In this document: in pieces, positions 25,321-37,916 of the stretch
How positions within the stretch are numbered: the stretch's first letter is position 1
Layout: every line of letters begins with the position of its first letter
NCBI RefSeq assembly: GCF_022539665.2
Contig: NC_081331.1
Span: 1,922,001-1,986,000, forward strand
From: Daphnia carinata
Lineage: Eukaryota
Reading direction: 5' to 3'
DNA: 64,000 bases
The notes under the pieces: generated by a model
Database searches by the model: none
What the model saw: only the letters and a program-made list of their open reading frames with translations
What the model was told of the DNA's origin: nothing
Made by a program: the position numbers and the translations under genes

Positions 25321-26034
25321 CTAACTGCGAATGGCATCCAATGGACTGAAATTGCCTACATGCCAGTAATAACGAGTCTGAGCGGTAGATGGCTACGTGT
25401 CGGAAAAAAAGAAAAAAGTGTGATTTTTTTTTTTTTTGGCGAATTTTTTTTTTTTTGGGGGGGTAAAACGGATTGCCATATGCGTACACCGTGAGCAAAT
25501 TAGTCGGAAATTTCAAAAGTTCTACGCACTGTAGAACTTAACGTGTGGTTGCTTACAATAGCTGCCTAAGATCGATAAAAATGGATTAAGCTACTGCTAT
25601 CTAATATTTCCTGCCATTTCTAATACTAAAAAAGGGCAAAAGTGTACACTGCTAAACAGAATATATATTTTCGGCGTTAGTACACGACTCGCTGAATTAA
25701 TGATTCATCCATCTTTACATTTCATATACAAACAGACAATGAACATTAAGTGGATATGTTATGAGGCGCATGAGTTGGCCGATTGGAGGTTAAAAAAAAA
25801 AAGAAAACAACGATAAGAAAATAAGTTAACATCTCCAGAACGAAGCAATTCTGGAGATGAAAAATTCCTCCTTACTCCAGAATACATCTTAGAGTCACAG
25901 GCCAGTGGGTAAATTAAAGAATCTTTTAAAACTGCAATTTTCTTCGTCGCTCGATGTGGTTGCGAGAAAACGCATGATTCTTCCTCGATGACGCTCCACC
26001 AAAATAGACTGCATTGATCTCCAATTATTTTGTT

Positions 26035-28518
26035 TTACGACGCATCTTTGGTTTCGTTTTCGCTGGAATCGCCTGAAATACTGGATGCGGAACTTGGAAT
26101 GTTACCCTCAGCTTCCGGCCTGAATTTCTTGCAGCAAGCGCATTTGGCGAACTGGCGATCGTACGGCTCCAGGGATCGACAAGCAAGCGGAAGCCACTTC
26201 CAATTCCGCATTGTTTTCGGTAGCCATGATGGTTTTTTGCGCTGTAGTGTTTTGATAATGGCTATTGCGATCAAAAGAAGCACAAACGGAATACCAACGC
26301 ATAATAGTGGGATAGTTCCAGCGACAGAGAGACCCAAAACGATTCCGGGGAAAAGGAAGAACATTCCCACCAAATATATAATGGCGAACCATCGGTATTT
26401 GGCCGTCTCATTGCCGAGGAATTTCGCCATTGGAATGGGAAATCGCATAAACGGAATGGGGTAGTAAAGCAAAATGCCCGTTATGTTGAAAAACAAATGG
26501 ACCAGTGAAATTTGCAAAGTGTCCTGAAGTTTTTCGACTGGTGCGGCCAACGCAGCGATGAGCGACGTCGTTGTCGTTCCAATGTTTGATCCCAAAGTTA
26601 GTGGATACACTCGTTCAATCGAAATGACACCGATGCCGACGAGAGGAGTAAGTGTCGACGTAAACACCGAGCTCGACTGAACCAGAAAGGTAATAACCGC
26701 ACCAACAATCATAGCAAGATAGCCGGTCAGCCAAGGGACGTATGGAATTTTGGCATTAATCACTCGTTTGATAATGTTGGCAATGTGTCCTGAAAATTTG
26801 TAATTTGTCATCTTAGCAGATCCGATTATTTTTTCTTGGAATTTGGAAGCAGAATAATTATACCTTTCATCATGGAGTTGAGAATTTTGACTAAACCAAC
26901 GAGACATCCGCAGAGCATGAAAAGTGAGATGAATAAGAGAATCAGACCGACAGCCCAATCTTCTAGCCCTGTGTTTTCGAACAAAAATTCGCCCTCTGAA
27001 ATGAAAAAAAAAACACAAATAAATAAATTACAAATTATGATCAATTTTAACGGTTTTTAAAATACAAACGTACCACAAGGAACAGGCTGGGTGATGTTTT
27101 CGCCGCACTGCTTGATTAAGGAAGCGTTGTCGTAATTTGGATCGCCTGCTGCCCAGCCCTCAAGGACTTGGGAATCAAGCTAAAAGTGCAATTATTTAAG
27201 GATTTGTTTAGCCTGCACAATTAAAGAATGACTTTTCTTACCTGAATAATTTTATCTACGAACGGGTCTATGATGGCATTCAACAAGGTAACCCCGCCGT
27301 TCCCGGACGAAGAATTGACGCCTTTAACAATTTCTCCAGTCAACCATTCCAGATAACCGATTCCAAATATTGAGTCTGCACAAAACAAAGCACTATTATG
27401 CCTCCAATCTTTTACAAGTAAATTGAGCTGTTCACGAAACGAAAATTTCGTACTCGAAACGATTTCAACGGTAAAGAGAACAATGACGGCCAGCCAATTA
27501 AACATATCGTGTACTGTCGCCCCAGCGAAAGCTCTTCTAAACTCGTTTCTGTTGGCGATCTGGGTGAAGGACACAATTGTGTTTGTCACTGAAGTTCCAA
27601 TATTGGCACCCATGATGATTGGGATTGCCATGTGAACGGTAATAACTAAACAAAATTGAGACACAATTAGACTGATTGCACGCGACAATGGCTTTGACTT
27701 TGACCGTTCCGAAAATGATACAGCAAAAAAAAAGTATTTCAGCTTACTGTCTGCGGCAACCATGCTGACCACAATTGATGTAGATGTTGAAGAACTTTGA
27801 ACGAGTACGGTGACTAGAATTCCAATCATCAAACCAACCACGGGGTTTTGCATAAGTTCACTTTGCTGAAAAAGTTCACCTGGAACCGAGGGAGTTTTAT
27901 GTTTTTCAATCCTTGAATTCACTTCATTCTTCTAAATTAAAGAATATTTACCGGCTGTTTTTCCAGCAATGAGGCGGAATGCGCTAGAAAGTAAGGTTAG
28001 GGAGCATATGAAGAAGTAGAGCAATCCTAGTGCAGTTAGGATTTTGGCGAAGTTGATTAGCACTCGGATTATTTTGGCCTTCGTAGTCATGTCTGTGATT
28101 CACGGGGAAAATAGCATTCATGTAGATCGTTTCTTTATAGATCAAGCTTAACATTTTTGCAACGTACCAGCCCATTTCTCCGAGTCGTCTACTAGCTCGA
28201 TGATGGCCCACGGATCGTCAACATTGGCTGCGATGGCAGAATCAGAATCATCAGAACTCGAACTTGCCCGCCGACTGTCAACTCCTTTCTCCATAAGGTC
28301 AGGATCAATCACGCCCACTGTTTCGCTAGAAACATTTTCCTGTCAATCGAAAAGAGCGCACGCAATTCGTTAATGTTGATGTAAAATCTTAATAGGGTGT
28401 TTTAAGTGTAAGAGGAAGATTACGTAAGACAATTCAAGGTTTAAAACGACACTACCTCGGATGGTGGGTTGACAACCTTTCCTTCGAGGGTCAGCTGAGT
28501 AGCCCTACTGATTGTCAT
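26035..28518 (-). CDS. SLC34A: Sodium-dependent phosphate cotransporter, SLC34/NaPi-II family (copy A), multi-exon
   Basis: Both family repeats are present: [11 protein letters not shown]...[12 protein letters not shown] and [11 protein letters not shown]...[10 protein letters not shown]. Also [22 protein letters not shown] and C-terminal KCACC. Proposed ATG 28518 (MTISRATQ), GT-AG introns, stop at 26035. Confidence 0.95.
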
Positions 28519-28689
28519 TTTCCTACGATAAAAAAAATTGGTTGAAACTAAGCGTTATTAACAAGAAAACTTACGAAAAAAATTACCAGGGGTTCTATAG
28601 CCTTGGCAAGGGTGGTTTTTCACCTTGAGTTCACGAAGTGACAAACGCTTCTCCGTGTGCTGCAGCTAGATATCAGCGAAACTCACCCA

Positions 28690-28696
28690 TTTTATA
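28690..28696 (-). promoter_or_regulatory. Candidate TATA box of SLC34 copy A
   Basis: TATAAAA on the minus strand ~170 bp upstream of the ATG, ahead of a probable non-coding first exon (donor near 28586). Confidence 0.4.
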
Positions 28697-29898
28697 GGTG
28701 ATCATTCGGTGTAGCAGGAATGTGACCGACCCCTGTTATCCAACCTAAAGTCACTTATCGTGACACGAAGTCTTCAGAGTCATTACCACGTGCTACCGGT
28801 GTGACACATTGCGTCACCATTCATGAGGGTATTCACCAGCAACAGGGATAGTGATCTAGGGCACCATGACTTTGAATGTTGAAGTAACAAATAATCCCAG
28901 TCCATTATCGCCTAATCTTGTAAGACGAGTTGACGGAGCGATCACGTCTGACAGTAGGAATCTACTATTGCGCTACCATGGGAAAACTGTGAAGATGATA
29001 GGCTACTTTACTTGACTGGGCGGGGAGGAGGGGTAGGTAACGTAAATATCAATACATTCTGAAACACACGGCAATAGCGTCTGGGAGAAGAAGGCATTGA
29101 AAACATTTCTACTTGTCTGTGATTTCTCTTATCATTTTTTTACTTTAGCTTCTAGTGGTGGAAAAGTAATGAATAGGTCAATCAAAGCTCGCACTAGCAA
29201 AGGCCATGAAACCAGAAAAACTGGCTCCATTGAACTTTGAACATGCAGGACGTCGTGTTGGATGATACAACAATCATCAATCCCGTGTGCAGCTTCGTTG
29301 TAAAGTTTTCCAACCATTAACGGAGTCGAATGTGATCGGATTTAAACTGTGACCGCTGTAACCAGAGTTGCAAACACACTCCCCCTTTCCTCCCTTTTCA
29401 AGATAGGAAAGCACACCCGCTCGTCCTTGGACGTAAACGAACGGCGTTAATAGGATTTACAAACAACTCGATCGTTAAGCTTACCAAAAGGAATCGACTG
29501 CGGACATTGGAAGGTAGATAAAAACCCTGAATAGCCTTGAATGGATGTAGCGGTGCATGTCTAGCTTAAAATACACGTAACATAAGCAAAAACGTCGTAG
29601 CGAGTTTCGCAGTTGAACTCTTGCTAGTTTTATTGAGGCAGTATAGCCAATGGTACGTTTGAATGTGGTCAGTGCCAAATCAAGCAAAAAAAACTTGAAA
29701 AATAAAACAACCGCAAAATTATTTGAGAATACACCATTGGTTTATAAATTTTCCGAAGACACGAAATGTAACCTAATCCCATCATTTCAGTATACCGGAT
29801 GGTCGATAAAAATGTTGCGTAGCTTATGGCCTTGTACCTATTGCGGTCGCCATTGTTTTACAGGTAGTCTTAGGACGAGATGGAAACTCGATTAATTT

Positions 29899-32495
29899 TC
29901 AGGTTGTCTGATTCAAATCGGTTGAACTTTCCGATTCGACGAGAACAACGGAACTCGTCGTGTTGTTTTCTTTACTATCTTCACCCTGTCGAAACTTGTT
30001 ACAGCAAGCGCATTTGGCGAACTGGCGATCGTACGGCTCCAGGGATCGACATCCAACAGGCAGCCACTTCCAATCCCGCATGACGGAAGGCAAAAGAAAA
30101 GGCCACTTTCGCTGCAAAATTTTGATGACGGCTATGGCGATCAAAACAATTAAGACCGGAACGCCTACGACTAGCAATGCGATGGTGCCAGCAATGGAAA
30201 GACCCAAAACTATAGCAGGCAAGAAGAAGAACATTCCTACTAGATAGAGAATGGCGAACCATCGATACTTGGCAGTTTCGTTGCCGAGAAACTTAGCCAT
30301 TGGAATCGGAAACCGCATGAATGGGATAGGATAGAAAAGTAAGATGCCAGTGACGTTGAAGCATAGATGGACCAAAGATATTTGCAAGGTGTCGTGCAGC
30401 GCATCTGGCGAAGCTGCTAAAGCGGCAAGAAGGGCTGTTGTTGTCGTACCAATGTTGGACCCCAAAGTGAGCGGATAGACTCGCTCTAGCGATATAACAC
30501 CGATACCAACAAGTGGAGTAAGCGCTGATGTAAAGACAGAGCTAGACTGAACTATGAAAGTCATTCCAGCTCCGACAGCAAGGGCTATGTAACCGGTGAG
30601 CCATGGAACGTAAGGGATTTTGGCGTTGATCACGCGTTTGATGACGTTAGCAATGTGTCCTTCGTTAGGAACAAAATAACATTGTTGTGTCAGGACTTAA
30701 ATTTAAAAAAGTAACCCGAATTTTTTACCTTGCATCATGGAGTTGAGGATCTTGACAAGGAAAATAAGGCAGCTGCAAAGTATGATCAGTGAAATGGCCA
30801 GAAGAATTAATCCCACAGCCCAGTCTTCCATTCCGGTGTCTTCAAATAGAAATTCTCCGTCTACGAAAGCGCAAATTACAAACGTATTTTTTTAAAGACA
30901 TCTGGAGCGACTCTAGGTCAATGGCTGCAGTAACATAGGTTCACAGAGAAACAAATTTACCGCATGGTATTGGGTCGGTGACATTTCCGCCACATTGCTG
31001 AATTAGCGAAGCATTTTCGTAACGAGGATCATCGTTAGCCCAGCCTTTTAACACTTTCGAATCTAACTGCAAAGTAAAGATCGCGTTCATGGAGATTCGA
31101 CATTGGAAAAAGAAGTTGATCGATTAGCAACTACTAAAGCGACTTACCTGTATGATAAGGTCTACGAAAGGATCTGTTACTACCGTCAAAATTTTTATTT
31201 CTCCTTCGCCAGAAGACGTGTTGACTCCGTTGACGATGACGCCACTCAACCACTCCAAGTAGCCAACACCGAAGATGGGTTCTGAAATTGGGAATTGAAA
31301 AGAGTTTGTTTAAAAACCGACTGAGACGTGGGTTATGTGAAATCCTTACGGCAAACGACTTCAACGATAAAAAGAACGATCACTGTCAACCAATTGAACA
31401 TGTCGTGTACCTGAAACACGCAAAACAGTACAACATTGAATTACTTATGCACCGCGACAAAAAGAACGTTGAAAAATGCATACCGTTGCGCCAGCAAAGG
31501 CTCTTCTAAATTCATTTTTGTTGCCGATTTGAGTAAAGGAAACGATGGTGTTAGTAACTGAAGTTCCAATGTTGGCACCCATGATGATTGGGATTGCCAT
31601 TGCAACGGTCAGAACTAAGTAAATAGAAATGATTTGTTAATCCCTAGACTATGTATAGTAAACGAAAAAAATGCGTAATAGCGAATTACCACCAGCTCCG
31701 ACCATGCTCACAATGATGGAAGTTGACGTGGAAGAACTCTGAACCAATACGGTGACTAAAATGCCAATCATCAATCCAACGACAGGATTTTGCATGAGCT
31801 CGCTCTGCTGGAAAATTGTACCTGTACGAAATCAATAAAGCGTTAAGTCAATAGCGATTATTTCACAGTTATAAGACTTGGTAATCATGTTTGTTGAGGA
31901 GCACTTAGCTTTAAAATTTGTGTAAAACACACCAAAAACAATTTACCAGCTGTTTTTCCAGATATCAGGCGAAATGCGCTGGAAAGTAGGTCTAGCGAGC
32001 AGATGAAGAAGTACAGTAAGCCAATAGCAGCAAGTATTTTCGAGACGTTGGTCACCACTCGGATTACTTTGGCTTTCGTGCTCATATCTGGAACGCAATG
32101 CGTGCAAAAAAATGAGGAAATTAAGTGGCTATACCAAAAGTACCATTTTACACTGTTATACCTTCCCATTTTTCAGAATTGTCGACGAGCTCAACAATCG
32201 CCCATGGATCCTCTTCGGCTGATGCTGGTGCCGGGACACTGTCAACACTTGGGCTATCAGATGTCTCTGATTGAGCCTTATTCCTTCTGGAATCAATACT
32301 GCTATTGCTTTCAACGTCATTGCTAACAGACATCTAATGGAAATTATTGAAGAATAAAAGGATTTTTTTCAATATTCTTTCGGTTTGTTTAGGTAAGTTG
32401 AAATTCAAAAAGGAGAAGCAATTTACGGCATCCGAAGAATGTTCGCTGTTCTTTTCTTTCGGATCGGCAGATGTAGGGATCAGTGTGTTGGTCAT
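29899..32495 (-). CDS. SLC34A: Sodium-dependent phosphate cotransporter, SLC34/NaPi-II family (copy B), multi-exon
   Basis: [27 protein letters not shown], two QSSS motifs, [20 protein letters not shown]. Proposed ATG 32495 (MTNTLIPT), stop at 29899. Confidence 0.95.
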
Positions 32496-34744
32496 CTTCG
32501 TTGCCTATTAAGTAAAAACGAACAGGTTAATAAAGAATAAGTGACCATTCACTTTTTTTTTTTTTTTTTTTGCAAATAAGACGTACCGGTTCCGGTGAGC
32601 GTTGAGCTTAGTCGATTTTATTTGACAACAGGACTGTTTCAAATAATATCTTCCAAGACTAGTGAGAGTTACTAGTGAACTGCTACGCGACCAGGTGTTT
32701 GCGGACGAATTTATTGAAAACGTTTCATTTGTTCGGAATGCAAGCAACGTTTTTCATATCGCCCCTTAATTCTTCTTTAAAGAACAACATATAGCTTTAC
32801 ACACGACCACGCGTTAATTGCCCCTTCCGCACGTGATATAACTGTGGCCTTGTGTTTCTTATGTTGAAAAATGGCGAATAAACGCTTCACACCCGGAACA
32901 CGCAACAGATAACATAGCACTTAGTGATCCGTTACTAGATCTATTTTTAACGTAATACCTCAATTAACAGAATGACGGAAAACCATTTGAAGTCGGCCGG
33001 CATTTCAGTAGGTGAGCTGGGTAGCGTAACGTTTAACGTTACAGTCATACAGTGGTAAATTCTAGCCCATCCAAAGCCGGGGATAAAAGGCTTAGCTTTA
33101 TTAGCTGTCTACAAAGTCGTCGATTCGCTGGTACGTGTTAAAATTTAATTCCAGTACATTTTAACGGGACTTATAGCGAAGAAATCTAGGTAACAAAAGC
33201 TCGATTAATATGTAAGTAGCAGTACCTGGTGTTGATCATTTTTTTGCTAAACTATTGAAAATGGTAATAGCAACAAACCCTTGCCACCAACAAAGAGGAT
33301 TAACATAAATATTATGGGAAGTTATAACATGAAAGGGAAAATCTTTGAACTTGTTAGATAGGATTGAAATATTGTGACTACATGTTCAAGACGTCCTATC
33401 ACACTTTAGGTGTGAAATCCGTGTTTCTTATCGAGCTTTGTAAAACGCATAAATAGGGAAAAATTTCCCTAAAGAAAGATCAGTCCGTCCACTGACTTCT
33501 AGTACTCATAACACCATTGATGTAGAGCCAGAATCATGTTTTTTCCCTCTCAATCGCCTTATACAAGTTGAAATGAATCATATATTCTTGGTTTACAACA
33601 GCTACACTAAGTAGTTGGGGAAACAAAAAAAAGTCAAACAGGGTTGCGATGAAATACCTTTGGGTAGTAGCCAACAGTGACTTTCAACCCTCCCTAACCG
33701 ATTTTTGTTTTAAACAAACACTAAGAAACGAACCAAACGACAGACAAAATTGCGCAATACGTGTGATGTGGTACGTCGTCTTTGATAATCTATTTGTCCA
33801 TCTATTATCTCCTACAAGGTTGCGATTTAGCCAACAACAAAATCGCTGCAAGAACAGAGTAGACATTGATCTTTCGCGCACGGCACGCCCGTGATCGTAC
33901 GTAAAGCTACAAACAAGTAGATTATCTTTCTTTAAAATGCCAAGCCCCCGAACTCAGTCAACTCTTCCCGAAAAGAAAAAGAAAGATACATTTTATTTAC
34001 GTATTTATTTTTTCGAGGCAACGCCAAACAAAATGGATACGGCGAGCCAAAGTAGGTCATTTCGTTCATGCGCATTTTTTAGGCGCGCATTATTACTATC
34101 GGGAAGCCGGAATTTGCGCTTCACAGTGTAAGGTTCACTAACACATTGAAGTTTATGCGGCACAGTCACAGATCCGGAACCAGAGAAGAAATACGAGAAC
34201 AAACGTTTCAAACAAGCTGCATATATTGCCTTTAAATATATGTAAAAACGTTCAGGCATATACAAAATGAAAAAAAAAATAATAATAATTAAAAAAAACG
34301 TGTGCGAGATTCTGTTCTGTTCAAAGGCTAACAACATTCTAACCGAGCACAGTGTAGCCGATTCTCTAGCCATAAAAATTGTGCGCTTGTTGGGACTGAA
34401 AACGCCTTTTAGGCTTACCAATTCGATACATTTCCGCATTAGACATTCTGTTCGTAGAATAATAATTACGCAATAGTAATTGCGTGGAAATAACATTATA
34501 ATTTAATAAGAAGGCTGTGGAAGTGCGGTTGGGGTATAGGCGGTATTCCTAAATCGCTTTTGTTTCTAACTTTGATGCGAATCCTCTCACCATCCGCCAT
34601 AAAAGAAATTGCATTTAGCGGTAAATTCTAGGTAGTACTAGAGCAAGGGATTCGCAAGTAAGATAGGTACCGCTCATAAATATATGAACTAGCCAAAATG
34701 GTGGGTAAATAGGCATTAAATAGGCATAGCAGCCTCCTAACCGG

Positions 34745-37700
34745 TTACTCGTACCCTAAATTCGAATGACCAGCAGGAAGACCATTGCCGTTTTTTTCTG
34801 AGCCCTTACAACAAATACAGCTCGATAGGAGTCGATCAAAGGGTTCTAAGGACCTCATGTAAAGCGGCAGGAATTTCCAGGTCCGCATAGCAACCGGTAG
34901 CACAGTCGGCATTTTACGTTGTAAAACGGAGACGATCACGACGGTTGTCATCAAGATGACAACGGGAGCTAAAACAGCGATCAAAGTGATTGTGCCAGCA
35001 AAGGAAAGGGCGAGAACGATGCCGGGCAATAAGAAGAACATTAAAATGAGATACGCGATGGCGAACCATCGGTACTTGGCCGTTGTTTCGCCTAAACATT
35101 TAGCCATCGGAATGGGGAAACGCGTGAACGGGACTGGATAAAAGAGCACGATACCTGTCACGTTGAAAATAAAATGACACAACGATATCTGCAAGGTGTA
35201 GCGTAATTGTTCAGGTGGGGCGGCAAGCGCGGCTATCACGCTAGTGGTTGTTGTGCCAATGTTGGATCCCAAGGTGAGCGGGTAGACTCGTTCCAGCGAA
35301 ATGACGCCCACGCCGACTAGTGGAGTTAGCGCCGATGTGAAAACCGAACTGGATTGAACCAAGAAGGTCATAATGGCGCCGATTGCAATGGCCAAGTACC
35401 CAGTAATCCAAGGGACATAAGGTATGTTTGCGTTGAGTACTCGTTTAATGACGCCAGCGATTTGACCTATTAGAAGGTTATAATGTCAATCGTGAATAAA
35501 GTCGTATAAGGAAGCAGACTGGCGAATACCTTTTAACATGGAGTTGAGCACTTTGACAATGCAGACTAAGCAACCGCAAAGGACGCTTAGCGAGACTACG
35601 AGCAAAATCAATCCAACTTCTGCATCGTTCAAACCAGTGTCCTTCATAAGGAAAAAACCTGAAGGGTTTCCAAAAAATTTAGATAGACGGAAATGATTTC
35701 TAAAAGGATAAGGGAATGACCCATTTTTTTTTCAGATAAAAAATGTAAAGACAAAATTTGCGCTAAGGTGGAGCCATACTTACAAGGTTCTCTGATTTTG
35801 ATTCCGTTGACCACAACCGGGCAGTATTGTTTGATTAAAGAAGAATTAAAGTACGTGGAATCGTTTTTCGACCAGCCTTCGAGTACCCCTTTGTCAATCT
35901 GCAAAATGTACAAGCCATCGTTATGTTAACGTTCTAAAAATTGATTAGGCCAATAAGTTCCGTTCGATTTATTACTTGGACAATAAGCTTAGAAAGCGGT
36001 TCAGTCAGAGCGTTCAGAAGCTTGACCTCACCGCCTCCTGGACCACCAGATCCAATGTGTTGCGTTGCGGATTCACTCGTGGCTTCAAGGAATCCTATTC
36101 CAAATGTCTCTCCTATTCAGAAATGTTTCGCTAATTATTAGAGCGTTCAATTACATAAATTACTCGATATGGAAGCTAAACCGCTCCGTTTTACATTAAC
36201 GACTATTAAACTGCAAGATTGGCTTACGCGATATGATCTCGACAGGAAAAAGAATGATAACCGACAACCAGTTGAACATGTCCTAGACATAAATAAGGAT
36301 AAATATCGATAGAACTAATAATAACTATTTAATAACGATCTCACGTGCACTGTGGCGGCAGCAAACGCTCTGCGGAATTCGTTACGATCGCCCATTTGGG
36401 TCAATGAAACAATGGTATTGGTTACCGAGGTGCCTATATTTGCACCCATGATAATGGGAATAGCGCACCGTACTGTGAGAACTGAAAACAAAAGTAGAAA
36501 TCAAACGGCGATGAGAGCGAAGTTAGTATTACGTGTGTAAAGTAAATTGAATAAAGAAAATCACGCTTTAACATACAGTTCGCTGACACCATGCTGACAA
36601 TAATGGATGATGAAGTTGAAGAACTTTGCACCAAGACCGTGGTTAATATTCCTATCATGACTCCTACAACGGGATTTTGCAATAGATCGCTCTGCTTGAA
36701 AATTTCTCCTGTGCAATGGAAATTTTCCACGGTAAACAATAAGCAATATTTGACAAATAATTACTGGGCGTCATCCCCCAGACGCAGCCATAGCGCGTTA
36801 CTACATAGGGAAAAGTGCTTTACCTGTGGTTCGTCCACCAACTAGCCGGAAGGCGGTCGAGAGTAGATCAAGGGAACAAACGAAGAAGAAAAGCAAAATA
36901 AGAAGAGCTCCAATCTTTGCCACTCCAATGGCGACGCGTATGGCTTTCGTTTTCTTGTCCAGATCTGTGACAAAACGGGACACCTTTTTAATAACGTTCA
37001 AATAAAATTTTCCTATTTGTCTTTCTACAAAAACGCAAGCGTTCTGTAGTTGGAAATGAGCCCAAGGGCTGCAAGACAATCATTTTTTTAAAAAGCGGAT
37101 CGAATGCGCGTCACGCATCCTTTTTTAGATTTCCGCTCTATAAATCCGAAACCACATCTACTAGGTTACGTAACCTAACATTTGGATAGCAGCTGTATAC
37201 TGTTTAAGGGGGAGGAGCGGGGAGGATACAGGTGTCATTTGCGCAATCGTTTTCATTGGACTCCCGGATGAGAGCGGTAATGACAACCCGACAACTCGAC
37301 AACGATGACAACCCGCGGAACACGTTATTACAATGGTAGCCGATACAAAACGTGACTCTTACATAGCATACTAATGTTTTACCTGACCATTTCTCCGATG
37401 TGTCAATTAAATCCGTAAGTGCCCACGGATCGCATTCAGCTGCCGCCGCTTGATTGACAGCTGAGCAATCAGAATCGTTGCGGGTAAGACCCAACTCAAC
37501 GCGGCCAATGTCACAACCATTTTGTCCATTGATTTTCTCGCTTGATTTTCCCAAGTGAGTTTCCTAGAAAAAATATAGAAAACACTATAACATCATGATG
37601 ATTAAAATTCATTGAAAGTGATGCTTACCGGGCAAAGTTTGTTCCCGTTTTCTTTTGTTGCACCGTAGTTGGTGAGAAGATTTTCCGGTTTAGACAACAT
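34745..37700 (-). CDS. SLC34A: Sodium-dependent phosphate cotransporter, SLC34/NaPi-II family (copy C), multi-exon
   Basis: [62 protein letters not shown]. Proposed ATG 37700 (MLSKPENL), stop at 34745. Confidence 0.95.
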
Positions 37701-37900
37701 GTCTCCTGTGTTGTCGGGGTCTTTGACGACTGGGGTGAACGGAAAGGAGATTACTCGAGCCAGCGTGCCAAATGCAGTGAAACAGAAAAGATTTGCGCTT
37801 GTGTCGAACGCTGCGGCTCCGTTGTTCGTTCACCGCCAGAAGAGAATGAGAACTGAACTGAAACGTTCGCAAAAGTGACCGGAAATTTTATTCTATCCTG

Positions 37901-37916
37901 GTCACGTGGTCACGTG
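37901..37916. promoter_or_regulatory. Tandem E-boxes (gtCACGTGgtCACGTG) upstream of SLC34 copy C
   Basis: Two CACGTG sites with an 8-bp period, ~200 bp upstream of the ATG; similar to the MiT/TFE (CLEAR) or USF consensus GTCACGTG. Confidence 0.45.

Noticed and set aside
12950..25500. Single transposon with terminal inverted repeats spanning the island
   Set aside because: No matching termini, target-site duplication or transposase motif found by eye; kept only as a hypothesis.
26030..26464. Plus-strand ORFs overlapping SLC34 exons (also 29960-30247, 27423-27635, 36591-36845)
   Set aside because: Antisense shadows of the real minus-strand coding exons.
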